A DNA stretch of 64,000 nt from an uncultured archaeon (GCA_964608675.1 CAZSOZ010000002.1:96001-160000), one strand, 5' to 3'. Numbered from the stretch's first letter, positions 8,212 through 18,054 are shown. The notes: a model not told the origin generated them from the sequence alone. Made by a program: numbers and translations.

Positions 8212-9126
8212 ATGGCAAACCAATTACTTGAAAAACTAGAATCAGAGTTTCCTAAAACAGAACAAAACATGTTTCATTTAATTGACGTAAAAAAAACTGA
8301 ATATTTTTCATGCGTTCCTGAAATAATTAAATCTCTTCCAAACAAAAAAACATGCATTATAAGTATCCCAAGAGAAGGACAAAAAATATTAACTGAATTA
8401 AAAAAGAAAAAAATTGAAACAAAAAACATTTTAGTCTTAAGCGGAATAAAAGCAGATGAAACAAACCCGCAGATTAAAGTTTTTGAACCGCAATGGGATT
8501 TAAATGCATTAAAAAATTCAATCAGTTTTGCAGTAAAAAATTTTCAGGCAGATTTCTTTGTATTTGATTCAGTAAACATACTTAACTTGTTTTTAGAACA
8601 AAAAGAATTAATTGAATTCATGCAAAAATTTATTTCAATTTTAAAGCAAAGAAACATGCAGGCAGTCTTTGTTAGTATAGCTGATGAATTGCCTGACCAA
8701 ACAGCAGTAAGAATTGAAGGATTAATGGATCAAAGAATTTCATTAGAAAAATTTTTAGGCAAAAAAATAAAAATTCAGCAAAAAAAACCAAAAAAACAAG
8801 TAATAAAACAGCCAACCAAAAAACAAGCAGTAAACGTGAAAGAATTAAAGAAAAGCATTTCGCAGATAATCAGAGAAGAAGCAAAAAAAATTGCAGAAGA
8901 AACCAAAAAAAACCTTGAACTAAAACACGAAAAAGAATTAAAAGAAAAACCAAAAAAAACAAAACCAAAACAAAAACCTGTTCATAAATTAGAAAAAGAA
9001 AAAGAAAAATTAAGGCTTCAAAGAAAACTTGAATTACTGCAAAAATCTTTGGAGTTAGAAGTAATAAGCCAAAAAGCTTTTGATGAAGGAAAAAGGCAAA
9101 TACAAGAAAAAATGAGAAAAATTTAA
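8212..9126 (+). CDS. Inactive RecA/KaiC-fold domain, K-rich linker and SHOCT-like tail
   Basis: Walker-B-like FFVFDSVNIL, no Walker A; C-terminal 'LELEVISQKAFDEGK'. Confidence 0.55.
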   Translation: MANQLLEKLESEFPKTEQNMFHLIDVKKTEYFSCVPEIIKSLPNKKTCIISIPREGQKILTELKKKKIETKNILVLSGIKADETNPQIKVFEPQWDLNALKNSISFAVKNFQADFFVFDSVNILNLFLEQKELIEFMQKFISILKQRNMQAVFVSIADELPDQTAVRIEGLMDQRISLEKFLGKKIKIQQKKPKKQVIKQPTKKQAVNVKELKKSISQIIREEAKKIAEETKKNLELKHEKELKEKPKKTKPKQKPVHKLEKEKEKLRLQRKLELLQKSLELEVISQKAFDEGKRQIQEKMRKI

Positions 9127-9200
9127 CTAAAAAAACAAAGATTTATAAAAGAGAATAAATATATTCTATGTTAATTAAAAAATAATTTAGGGGTGAACCA

Positions 9201-9587
9201 ATGCCAAAAAAGAAGAAAAAAACCTCAGGAAAAAAGAAAACAACAAAAAAAACCAGAAAAAAAAAGACAACAAAAAAGACTATAAAACCAAAATTACAGA
9301 AAAAAAGCAAAGAATTTCTTTCATCAGCTTTAACTGAAATAGAACATCAACTGGAATCATTGCAGTCCACTAAAAAACAAATGGAAAGAGACTTATATTT
9401 GCTGGCATTGGATTTCAATGACACTCAAAACGAAGAAAACAAGCTAAGAGACAAAATATCAAAATTAGTGCAGAAAGAAACACAATTAAACACCAAAAAA
9501 ACAGAACTGAAAGCAGGAATGCAGGAATTACAGGAAAAAATAAACAAAGTAACAAGAATTGACGCTGAAATGAAGGGAATGGAATAA
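9201..9587 (+). CDS. K-rich N-terminus plus coiled-coil protein
   Basis: GGGGTGA SD; MPKKKKKTSGKKK then heptad pattern. Confidence 0.7.
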   Translation: MPKKKKKTSGKKKTTKKTRKKKTTKKTIKPKLQKKSKEFLSSALTEIEHQLESLQSTKKQMERDLYLLALDFNDTQNEENKLRDKISKLVQKETQLNTKKTELKAGMQELQEKINKVTRIDAEMKGME

Positions 9588-9637
9588 CAAATTCCTTTTT
9601 TTTTTAATTTATTTATTTTTGATTCTTATAATTTTTT

Positions 9638-10726
9638 TTAATTATTTTTTTTGCCGGCTTTAGTGTTTTCAATTAACTGTTTTTTGAATTCATTCAAATA
9701 TTCTCTGGGAATTTTTCCTGCAGCAGCAGGAATATGCCCTCCTGCAGTTGCTTCAGGAATGCCTTTAATGCTTTTTTCCAGCAAGTCATTTACTTTAACT
9801 TTATAGTCTTGTCTTCTAGCAGAAAAATAAATGTGTTCTCCTCCAAAATCTTGAACTAAAACAATTGTTTTGTCAGGAAATTCATCAGAAAGACTGTTAA
9901 TTAAAACTGATTTAATTGAATGCTCCGGCTTTAATTCAAAATAAATTAATTCTTTGGCTTCAAAAACTTCTTTTTTTGTTTTGAATTCTTCAAGCCATTT
10001 GTTTAATTCTTCTTTTAATTCATTTAAGTCATTAATTAAATCTTTTTTCATTAAATCTTCAGGTTTTTTTGCATTAAAAAAAACATTCATTAAATCGTTT
10101 ATTTTATGAAAATCAATTACTTCGATTGCTTCAATTAATTCCACTACTTTCATTAAACTGCTTTTCTGGTATTTTTTTTTTGAATCAATTCTTTCAATAA
10201 TTGAATCAACAAAATCTTTCCATTCAGAGTAAGCGTTATCGCCAAGCAAACCTATTCCTGCAATCCAGTCTGAATCCCTTAAATCAGTTAAATCAGAAAA
10301 CAAATCAAAACATAACTTGGATGCAGGATATTTGCTTCCTTCAATTCCTGTTAAATCCTGGCTTTTAATCATCAAAGTATTTTTTGAATTCAAATCAAAG
10401 TATTTTTTATGATGATCCAATACAAGAATTTTTGAAAATTTTTCTAGTTCTTTTACTGTATCAGGGTTTTGATCAAGACATAAATCCACTGAAATCAAAA
10501 ACTGGATTCCTTTTCTTCTGAATTTTTCAACAGTTTTATTCAATAAAGTTATTTGACCTGGATTCTGATGAAAAAACAAAGGTTTTTTTCCTGTAATTTT
10601 TTCCAAAGCTTTTCCTGTAATAATTCCTGCACTTATTCCATCAGGGTCAGTATGATGCAGTACTCCAATTTTTTTGTTTTTGTTTTCTAAAATTATTTCC
10701 TTAAATTTTTGTTTAAATGAATTCAT
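9638..10726 (-). CDS. DHH-family phosphoesterase (RecJ/GAN-like)
   Basis: HHTDPDG, ISVD, VLDHH, FSAR, AGGHIPAAA (DHHA1). Confidence 0.9.
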   Translation of the reverse strand: MNSFKQKFKEIILENKNKKIGVLHHTDPDGISAGIITGKALEKITGKKPLFFHQNPGQITLLNKTVEKFRRKGIQFLISVDLCLDQNPDTVKELEKFSKILVLDHHKKYFDLNSKNTLMIKSQDLTGIEGSKYPASKLCFDLFSDLTDLRDSDWIAGIGLLGDNAYSEWKDFVDSIIERIDSKKKYQKSSLMKVVELIEAIEVIDFHKINDLMNVFFNAKKPEDLMKKDLINDLNELKEELNKWLEEFKTKKEVFEAKELIYFELKPEHSIKSVLINSLSDEFPDKTIVLVQDFGGEHIYFSARRQDYKVKVNDLLEKSIKGIPEATAGGHIPAAAGKIPREYLNEFKKQLIENTKAGKKNN

Positions 10727-10793
10727 AAACTAAAAAAAAAATTAAAGAAAGCCTTAAAAAGAGGATCTAGCATTACTGCTATGTGGTGATTTT

Positions 10794-10958
10794 ATGGGCT
10801 ATAGTCATACAAACAGCAAAGGAATAACTTATTATTTGCATTCAAAAGGAAAACTTTATTTTTTTTCTAAAAAAGAAGATGATTCAATTGATTTGCCTGA
10901 AGGCTACACTGTAGTGGAAAACCAGAGAACAGGTCTGCCCATGATTAAACGAAAATAA
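10794..10958 (+). CDS. 54-aa small protein (not in ORF track)
   Basis: MGYSHTNSKGITYYLHSKGKLYFFSKKEDDSIDLPEGYTVVENQRTGLPMIKRK; GGTGA SD; globular-looking sequence. Confidence 0.75.
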   Translation: MGYSHTNSKGITYYLHSKGKLYFFSKKEDDSIDLPEGYTVVENQRTGLPMIKRK

Positions 10959-10973
10959 AAAAACTGGTTTTTA

Positions 10974-12050
10974 ATGAAAGAAAAAATAAAAGAATTTTTT
11001 TCTAAAACAAAAGCAGACAGTTTAATAATAAGAAATTTCAGTAATTTTTCTGACCCTAATTTTTATTTTTTTTCTCAGTTAAGCAGAGAAAAATATGAAA
11101 ACAATTTTATGGTTATAGCAAAAAACAAAAAACCTGTAATTATTTCTTCTGCTTTAGAGGGAGCAGGAATCCCTGACTCAAAAAATTATTTAGTTAAAAC
11201 AATAAACAAAAAAAAAGATTTTTTGAAAGCATTAAAGAATTCAGTTAAAGGAAAAACAATCGGCTTAAATTTTGAGGTTTTTCCTGTAAACAAAATGAAA
11301 AGACTTAAACAAGAACTTAAAGGAAAAAAATTCACTGATGTTTCAAAAGAGCTTGCAGAAACCAGAAGCACTAAAACAAAACAAGAAATAAAAAAAATAA
11401 AAAAAGCCTGTGAAATAACTGAAAAAACTTTTTTGGAAATAAAATCAATTTTTAAGCCTGAAATAACTGAATTAGAGCTTGCTTCAGAACTTGAATTCAA
11501 AGCAAAAAAACTTGGAGCCGAAGAACTTGCTTTTCCATTAATTGTTGCTTCAGGAAAAAATTCAAGTATTCCTCACCATAACACTTCAAACAAAAAAATC
11601 AAAAAAAATGAATTAATTTTAATTGACTTTGGAGTAAAATACAAAGGATACTGCTCTGATTTAACTCGAATGTTTTTTTCAGGAAAAACTCCAAAAAAAT
11701 TTAATGAATTATATGCAAAAGTTGCTGAAGCAAAAAAGCTTGCAGAAAAAGAATTAGGGCAGGGAAAAGATTATTCTAATGCATTCAAAAAAGCAGATGA
11801 ATTCCTAAAAAAAGAGCTTGGACAAAATTTAATGCATGATATTGGCCACGGCCTTGGATTGGAAGTGCATGATTTTCCCAAAAAAAATTTTGGCAAAAAA
11901 AACATTTTAAGAAAAGGAATGGTTTTAACTATTGAACCAGGATACTACAAAAAAGATTTTAGGGGAATAAGAATAGAAGACGATTATTTAATTACTGAAA
12001 CTGGATTCAAAAAACTTTCTAATGCTCCTGAAAAAATTACTGAAATTTAA
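10974..12050 (+). CDS. Xaa-Pro peptidase (M24B)
   Basis: PHH, IDFG, YCSDLTR, HDIGHGLGLEVHD, TIEPG, GIRIEDD. Confidence 0.93.
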   Translation: MKEKIKEFFSKTKADSLIIRNFSNFSDPNFYFFSQLSREKYENNFMVIAKNKKPVIISSALEGAGIPDSKNYLVKTINKKKDFLKALKNSVKGKTIGLNFEVFPVNKMKRLKQELKGKKFTDVSKELAETRSTKTKQEIKKIKKACEITEKTFLEIKSIFKPEITELELASELEFKAKKLGAEELAFPLIVASGKNSSIPHHNTSNKKIKKNELILIDFGVKYKGYCSDLTRMFFSGKTPKKFNELYAKVAEAKKLAEKELGQGKDYSNAFKKADEFLKKELGQNLMHDIGHGLGLEVHDFPKKNFGKKNILRKGMVLTIEPGYYKKDFRGIRIEDDYLITETGFKKLSNAPEKITEI

Positions 12051-12101
12051 ATACAAAAAGCATTTATATTACTTAATTTCTTAATTTTACAGTGAAATTT
12101 A

Positions 12102-12470
12102 ATGCCTAAACCTAAACCCAAAAAAAGAATTAATTTTGGAAACAAAAGAAACAGAAAAACAAAGTATACTGTAAGAGTAGATTTACATAAACCTGGATTT
12201 GAACGCAAATTTAAAACTTCAAGAACTATTGCTGATGAAACAAAAATAACAATTGAAGGGCAGGATAAAAGACAATTAAAACAGAAACACAAAAGGTTTC
12301 TTGAAAAAAACCCTTACAAAGAAATTAAGGGAACAACAAAAGAATTATACGCAAAAAGAAAAGGAATTAAAGCAGGAAAAACCAAAAAACCCAAAAAAAG
12401 AAAAGAAAAAAAACGTAATGAGGGTTCTAATTCAGGAAAAGCTGTCTGGCCAAAACCTGATTTTATGTAA
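12102..12470 (+). CDS. Highly basic orphan protein
   Basis: 122-aa ORF filling the gap, MPKPKPKKR start. Confidence 0.6.
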   Translation: MPKPKPKKRINFGNKRNRKTKYTVRVDLHKPGFERKFKTSRTIADETKITIEGQDKRQLKQKHKRFLEKNPYKEIKGTTKELYAKRKGIKAGKTKKPKKRKEKKRNEGSNSGKAVWPKPDFM

Positions 12471-12513
12471 TTCTGGAAATAATTAAATAATTAATAAAAG
12501 GAGAGTGATTTTT

Positions 12514-12966
12514 TTGCCAAAAAAACCTGTAAAAAGAAAGAGTTTCAGCCGTCAAAAAGCTGGTGGCCAAAAGAAACATACTCGGAGAACAGACATAACT
12601 GTAGGATTAGATAAGAACACTGTTAGAGCAACTTTTCATAAACCAAAAAAAGTTTCTGATCAAAGAAGAAGAACTGTTAAACCTGGAAAATTAATTGAAA
12701 CCAACGACCCTAGCTGGATAGAAAGAAAGGACACCGGCAGAATGCGCACTGTAGTTCCAAGAAACCATGTAATGCAGGGTGATAGAATACTCGCTTCAGG
12801 TTTTTACAAAAGAGGGGAAAAAACATTTACCAGAAATACACGAGGAATAAGTGTTTCAAGAAATAAAAAAACTAAAAAAGGAAGAAAAGGAAATCGTAAA
12901 CAGAGTTCTGGAAGAGCCAGTGTTTCATCAATTATGAAAATGGTTTCAAAAAAGGGAAAAAAGTGA
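12514..12966 (+). CDS. Highly basic orphan protein
   Basis: ORF 12505-12966; likely TTG start at 12514 (MPKKPVKRK) after GGAGAGTGA. Confidence 0.6.
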   Translation: MPKKPVKRKSFSRQKAGGQKKHTRRTDITVGLDKNTVRATFHKPKKVSDQRRRTVKPGKLIETNDPSWIERKDTGRMRTVVPRNHVMQGDRILASGFYKRGEKTFTRNTRGISVSRNKKTKKGRKGNRKQSSGRASVSSIMKMVSKKGKK

Positions 12967-13010
12967 TTTTTTAATTCATTTTTTATTCTTTTAGTTCTTT
13001 TTTTGTATTC

Positions 13011-13766
13011 ATGGCCTTCCAGCTGAATAAAGCAAAAGACGCAATTGAAGCAGGCATTAATTCAGATAAAATGCTGATTGTAATAGGAGAATGCTTTGTT
13101 CAATACCAGGGAAGAGCAGGAAGCAGGCTTCCAAAAGGAAAAAGAATGCTTTTAATTAAATCAGATAAAAGTTTTGCTATTCATCAGAACACTAAATTAA
13201 GGCCGATTAATTATATGATGAATGCAGTTCCTTCAATTTTATTGGATGACGAAAACAAATGCCTTGTTATTTCTGCTTTAAAAAGAAAGCCAAAAGAAAA
13301 AATTGAAGTCTTTTTTTATTCAGTTGATTTTGTGGATTCATTTGAAATTGACGGAAACAAAGAATTAAGGCTGTTTGGTTCAGAAAGAGAATTAAGTGAT
13401 TTGTTAATGCAGGATTTAAGTGTTTTAGAAAAAGGATTAAAAGCCTTAAAAAAAGAAGTTCCATTAAGAAAAGGAGTCATAGACATTATGGCTGAAGACA
13501 GAAAAGGAAACATGGTTGTAATTGAAGTTAAAAGAAGAAGAGCAGATTTAAATTCTGTAAGACAATTACACAGTTATATGAAGCAGGTTGAATCAATTAA
13601 AGAAAAAAAAACCAGAGGAATTTTATGTGCGCCTTCAATTGGAAAACCTGCAATGGAATTACTGGAAAAATATGGTTTAGAGTACTGCAGACTTGATTAT
13701 GAAATTCATAATCCTCATGCAGAAATCAAAGGCCTTCATAAAAAACAGAAAACTTTGTTTGAGTGA
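13011..13766 (+). CDS. nucS: Mismatch endonuclease NucS/EndoMS
   Basis: CFVQYQGRA, LLIKSD, SERELSD, GVIDIMAED...VIEVKRRRA, RQL..Y, RGIL. Confidence 0.93.
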   Translation: MAFQLNKAKDAIEAGINSDKMLIVIGECFVQYQGRAGSRLPKGKRMLLIKSDKSFAIHQNTKLRPINYMMNAVPSILLDDENKCLVISALKRKPKEKIEVFFYSVDFVDSFEIDGNKELRLFGSERELSDLLMQDLSVLEKGLKALKKEVPLRKGVIDIMAEDRKGNMVVIEVKRRRADLNSVRQLHSYMKQVESIKEKKTRGILCAPSIGKPAMELLEKYGLEYCRLDYEIHNPHAEIKGLHKKQKTLFE

Positions 13767-13770
13767 TTGA

Positions 13771-14229
13771 ATGAAAAAAATGCCTGGAATAAAAATTCAA
13801 TATAAAATAAATTTAAAAACAGGCATTAAAGCAAGATATTTTATTTCAGAGGGAATTCCGTCAAGAGATTTTGCTTCATCTCCTGAAATAAGAAAAGCAA
13901 TAAACGAGTTTGGAAAAAACTATAAAATAAATCCTATAGGAAGAGAATTAGGGTTTATTAGAGCGTCTGTTAAAGAAAACAAACTGGATTTAATTGATGT
14001 TTGTCCTTTTTGGGAGTACAAGGAATTTATTGGAAAAAAAATTGGTAGAATACTTGAAAACAGGTTTAGAGCAAAAATAACTGAAGTTTTTCCTTCAGTT
14101 AAGAAAGTCAGGGAATGGGAGCCAAATACACCAAGAATTAAAAGCAATAAAAAAGCAGGACTGAAAAACCCTTATACTGTAAATGACTGGAAAAAAAAGT
14201 TTCGCAGGCCGAAAAGAAAGCCAAAATGA
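13771..14229 (+). CDS. Basic orphan protein
   Basis: 152-aa ORF, C-terminal KKKFRRPKRKPK. Confidence 0.6.
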   Translation: MKKMPGIKIQYKINLKTGIKARYFISEGIPSRDFASSPEIRKAINEFGKNYKINPIGRELGFIRASVKENKLDLIDVCPFWEYKEFIGKKIGRILENRFRAKITEVFPSVKKVREWEPNTPRIKSNKKAGLKNPYTVNDWKKKFRRPKRKPK

Positions 14230-14289
14230 AATTCACTGAACACTTTAATTAAATTTTGTTTTTTTATTTTTTTTTAGGAGGGAAAAAAA

Positions 14290-15588
14290 ATGAAGGTTTT
14301 GTTGATAGGAAGTACTGCAAGAGCAGATTGTATTGCAGAAGCAATTATAAAAAGTAAATTAAAGCCTGAATTGTATGCAGTAATGCCTGTATTAAATCCC
14401 GGCGTAAAACAGAAAGCAAAAGAATTAATTGTGCATTCAATAATGGATTTTTCTTTTATAGCTGATTACGCAAAAAAAATTAAGCCGGATTTTGCTTTTA
14501 TTGCACCAGATGACCCTTTAGCAGAAGGCTTGGTAAACAAATTAGAAGAAATTAACGTAAAAAGTTTTGGCCCAAAAAAAGAGACTGCAAGAATTGAATC
14601 CAGCAAAAGTTTTGCAAGAGAATTAATGAAAAAACATGAAATAGAAGGACTGCCGGAATTCAAAATTTTTTCAGACAATCAGGGAATGCAGGATTTCAGT
14701 GAAAAACTTGAACAAATTGTAGTAAAACCCGATGGTTTAACAGCAGGAAAAGGAGTAAAAGTTCAGGGAGACCATTTTGATTCAAAAGAAACAGGATTAA
14801 GTTATGCAGACAAATTACTTGAAAAAGAAAAAGTAATAATAGAAGAAAAACTTGAAGGCGAAGAATTTTCTCTTCAAAGTTTTTGTGATGGAAAAACTGT
14901 ATTGGATTGTGTTCCTGCACAAGATCATAAAAGAGCGTTTGAAAATGATTTAGGGCCAAATACAGGAGGAATGGGTTCATATTCGTGCGAAAATCGATTG
15001 CTTCCTTTTCTGGAAGAAAAACATTTAAAGCAGGCTCATGAAATAACTAAAAAAATTGCTTTGGCAATAAAAAAAGAAACAGGAACAGAATTCAAGGGAA
15101 TTTTATACGGTGGATTCATGTTAACTAAAAAAGGAGTAAAAGTAATTGAATTTAATGCAAGGTTTGGAGACCCTGAAGTAATGAATGTTCTGCCTTTGCT
15201 TAAAAACGATTTTGTTGAAGTATGCCAAAAAACAATAAATGGAACATTAAATGAAATCCAGCTTGAATTTGAACCAAAAGCTTCTGTATGCAAGTATGTT
15301 GTTCCAGAAGGCTATCCTATTGCACCAGTAAAAAATCAGTTCATTGAATTCAAAGAAACAAAAGCAAAACATTATTTTGGAGCAATAAACGAAAAAAACA
15401 ATCATTATTTGATGACTGGTTCAAGAGCAATGGCTTTTGTAGGACACGGCAATTCACTTGATGAAGCAGAACAAATTGCTCAAAATGCAGTTAATTTAGT
15501 TCAAGGAAAAGTTTTTTTCAGAAAAGACATCGGCACAAAAGAATTAATAGAAAAAAGAGTTCGAAATATGAAGTCATTGTTTAAATGA
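14290..15588 (+). CDS. purD: Phosphoribosylamine-glycine ligase
   Basis: IESSKSFA, VVKPDGLTAGKGV, QDHKR, GPNTGGMG, EFNARFGDPE. Confidence 0.97.
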   Translation: MKVLLIGSTARADCIAEAIIKSKLKPELYAVMPVLNPGVKQKAKELIVHSIMDFSFIADYAKKIKPDFAFIAPDDPLAEGLVNKLEEINVKSFGPKKETARIESSKSFARELMKKHEIEGLPEFKIFSDNQGMQDFSEKLEQIVVKPDGLTAGKGVKVQGDHFDSKETGLSYADKLLEKEKVIIEEKLEGEEFSLQSFCDGKTVLDCVPAQDHKRAFENDLGPNTGGMGSYSCENRLLPFLEEKHLKQAHEITKKIALAIKKETGTEFKGILYGGFMLTKKGVKVIEFNARFGDPEVMNVLPLLKNDFVEVCQKTINGTLNEIQLEFEPKASVCKYVVPEGYPIAPVKNQFIEFKETKAKHYFGAINEKNNHYLMTGSRAMAFVGHGNSLDEAEQIAQNAVNLVQGKVFFRKDIGTKELIEKRVRNMKSLFK

Positions 15589-15632
15589 AAAAACTTTTTA
15601 AGTTTTGGGTTCAAGTTTATATTTGATTAAAA

Positions 15633-15821
15633 ATGATGGGAAAATGCAAGAGATGCGAAAAAAGAGATGAATTAAAAGGCGGTTTATGCGAAGACTGTAT
15701 TGAAGAAGAAGAAGCAAAAAGAATCCCGGTGGACAAACCAAGAGAAAAACCATCAAAAGAAGAAATACAAAAAGAAATAGAAGAAAAAAGAAGAGATAAA
15801 AGTTTCTGGACGAACTTTTAA
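15633..15821 (+). CDS. Small zinc-finger-like protein
   Basis: CKRC...CEDC followed by a charged helix. Confidence 0.6.
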   Translation: MMGKCKRCEKRDELKGGLCEDCIEEEEAKRIPVDKPREKPSKEEIQKEIEEKRRDKSFWTNF

Positions 15822-15961
15822 CGTTTAACTTTGTTGTTTTCAAGATTGCTTAATCTTACATTCAGGTTAATTTGTTCGTTTTCCAAGTCTCTAAGCTTTT
15901 TGTCCAAGGATTCAATTTTTTCGTTTAACATAACTGTTTGCTTAACTATTCCCACAGGCAT
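15818..15961 (-). CDS. 47-aa coiled-coil peptide (not in ORF track)
   Basis: MPVGIVKQTVMLNEKIESLDKKLRDLENEQINLNVRLSNLENNKVKR; GGGG SD-like upstream. Confidence 0.5.
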   Translation of the reverse strand: MPVGIVKQTVMLNEKIESLDKKLRDLENEQINLNVRLSNLENNKVKR

Positions 15962-16114
15962 TAAATTCCCCATATAAAGTTATAAAGTGAAATCTTTTTA
16001 TTGTGTTTGTTTTCTGCTTTATAAGAATTTAAGAAAAAAAAGGCTTTTTTGGGGATAGATTTAAATATTTTTTCAGGAAAAAATCTAAGAAAAAGGAAGA
16101 TTGAGGAAGATTGT

Positions 16115-16492
16115 ATGGCTAAAAAAAATAAAACTAAAAAAACAGAAAAAAAGAAAACTAAAACAGTTAAAAGAAAAACTAAACCAAAAACAGAAAAAAA
16201 GAAAACAAAACAGAAAAAAAACAAAAAAAAGAAAAACAGTAAAACAAAAAAAAATAAGAAAAAGAAAACAACACGAAAAACCAGCAAAAAAAAGCAAAAA
16301 AAAACCAAAGAAAAAAATGAAGAAAAGAAAGAAGAAAAGAAAAAAAAGAAAGACTTCAAGAAAAAAGACGGCAAAATAAAGTTTTTTGAAGCCGAAGCAG
16401 AAGAAGAGGAAGAAAATGAATTTTTTTCTTATCCTGCGGAATTTGACAGAATTGACAGGGATTTTGAATCAGATTATGATTTAGAATATTAA
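16115..16492 (+). CDS. Lys/Thr-rich histone-H1-like protein with acidic tail
   Basis: GAGG SD then MAKKNKTKK...; long K-rich block followed by EAEAEEEEE...DFESDYDLEY. Confidence 0.6.
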   Translation: MAKKNKTKKTEKKKTKTVKRKTKPKTEKKKTKQKKNKKKKNSKTKKNKKKKTTRKTSKKKQKKTKEKNEEKKEEKKKKKDFKKKDGKIKFFEAEAEEEEENEFFSYPAEFDRIDRDFESDYDLEY

Positions 16493-16493
16493 T

Positions 16494-17744
16494 TTATTTT
16501 TTGTATTTTGGGTTTTCAATTAATTCTTCTATTCTCAGAAGCTGATTGTATTTTGCGTTTCTGTCGCTTCTGGCTGGAGCCCCAAATTTTGACTGGCCTG
16601 CCCCCAAACCAACAACTAAATCTGCAATAAATGCATCCTCTGATTCCCCGCTTCTGTGGGAAACAATTACATTCCAGTTATGTTTGAATGAAAGCAAAGC
16701 CGAATCAATTGATTCTGAAACGCTTCCAATCTGGTTTACTTTTAATAAAAGTGCATTGCAGGATTTTTCTTTCACTGCTTTTTCAATGAATTTAATGTTG
16801 CTTACAAGCAAATCGTCTCCTACTATTTGAATTTTTTTTCCAAGTTTTGAAGTTAATTCTTTCCAGCCTTCCCAGTCATTTTCTGCCATTCCGTCTTCGA
16901 TTGAATAAATATTAAATTTTTCAGCTAAATTTGCATAAAAGTCTGTGAGTTCTCCTGCAGTATAAGTTCTGTTTCCCAGCAAATATTTCTCGTTTTCATA
17001 AAATTCACTTGAAGCGCAGTCAACTGCAAGCTCAACTTTTTTTTCATAACCGTTTTCTTCTATTGCTTTTGTTATTAATTCCAGTTTTTGTTCTTCGTCT
17101 GCAGTTTTTGCAACAAATCCTCCTTCATCGCCAATTAATCCTGCAGGATAACCGTATTTTTGTTTCATTAATTTTTTTAGTGAATGATAAATTTCTGTTG
17201 AAATCTGCATTGCTTCAGAAAAATTTTTTGCTCCTGAAGGATAAATCATTCTTTCCTGTATGTCATGTTTCAGTCCTGCGTGTTTTCCTCCATTTAATAT
17301 ATTCATTTGAGGGGCAGGAAGACAAAATTCTTTTATTCCTGCAAGTTCTCCTAAGTATTTGTATAAAGGAATTTCTTTTGCTTTTGCTCCTCCTCTTGCT
17401 ATTGCCATGCTGACAGAAACAATAGCATTTGCTCCTAAAACTGACTTGTTTTCTGTTCCGTCTAAATCAAGCATTATTTTATCTAATTCTGCCTGCTGTG
17501 TTATTTGTCTTCCTTTCAGCTTAGAAGAAATTTTTGAATTAATGTTTTCAACTGCTTTTTTTACTCCTCTTCCTTTGAATGCTTTTTCTTTGTCTCTTAA
17601 TTCTATTGCTTCATTGCTTCCGGTTGATGCCCCTGAAGCAACTATTGCTCTTGAAATTATTTTTCCTGCTTTTACTTCTGCTTCAACTGTCGGATTGCCT
17701 CTAGAATCAAAAACCTGTCTTCCTTTAACATAATCAATTTTCAT
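16494..17744 (-). CDS. eno: Enolase
   Basis: DSRGNPTVE, SGASTG, NGGKHA, GDEGG, VGDDL, LLKVNQIG, SHRSGE, KYNQLLRIEE. Confidence 0.98.
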   Translation of the reverse strand: MKIDYVKGRQVFDSRGNPTVEAEVKAGKIISRAIVASGASTGSNEAIELRDKEKAFKGRGVKKAVENINSKISSKLKGRQITQQAELDKIMLDLDGTENKSVLGANAIVSVSMAIARGGAKAKEIPLYKYLGELAGIKEFCLPAPQMNILNGGKHAGLKHDIQERMIYPSGAKNFSEAMQISTEIYHSLKKLMKQKYGYPAGLIGDEGGFVAKTADEEQKLELITKAIEENGYEKKVELAVDCASSEFYENEKYLLGNRTYTAGELTDFYANLAEKFNIYSIEDGMAENDWEGWKELTSKLGKKIQIVGDDLLVSNIKFIEKAVKEKSCNALLLKVNQIGSVSESIDSALLSFKHNWNVIVSHRSGESEDAFIADLVVGLGAGQSKFGAPARSDRNAKYNQLLRIEELIENPKYKK

Positions 17745-17825
17745 TTTAATTCATCTCCAGAACTTAAAAAATCAAATAATATAAAAATCCAAAAAATATT
17801 TAAATCCAGAGAACTTAATTAATAC

Positions 17826-17960
17826 ATGAAACCAAAAAACAGGAAGCCAAATCAATTAAAAAAAAAATCAAATAAAAGTCCGTTAAAGACTAAACCAGTT
17901 AAAGTAGCTAAAATAAAAAAAACCAATAAAGGACTTGTTATTTCATTTACTAAAGCATGA
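17826..17960 (+). CDS. 44-aa basic peptide (not in ORF track)
   Basis: MKPKNRKPNQLKKKSNKSPLKTKPVKVAKIKKTNKGLVISFTKA; TTTAAAT about 25 nt upstream, consistent with a leaderless start. Confidence 0.4.
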   Translation: MKPKNRKPNQLKKKSNKSPLKTKPVKVAKIKKTNKGLVISFTKA

Positions 17961-18054
17961 TTTTTTTTAATGAAATTTTGTTTTGAAATTCAAACTGATT
18001 TTGTTTTTAAAGGTTTTTGACGTCAAATTATATGTGAATCCTTCCAGTGGTAAA

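Noticed and set aside
15961-16379. Overlapping poly-F and poly-K ORFs in other frames
   Set aside because: Artefacts of the A-tract-rich 16115 gene.
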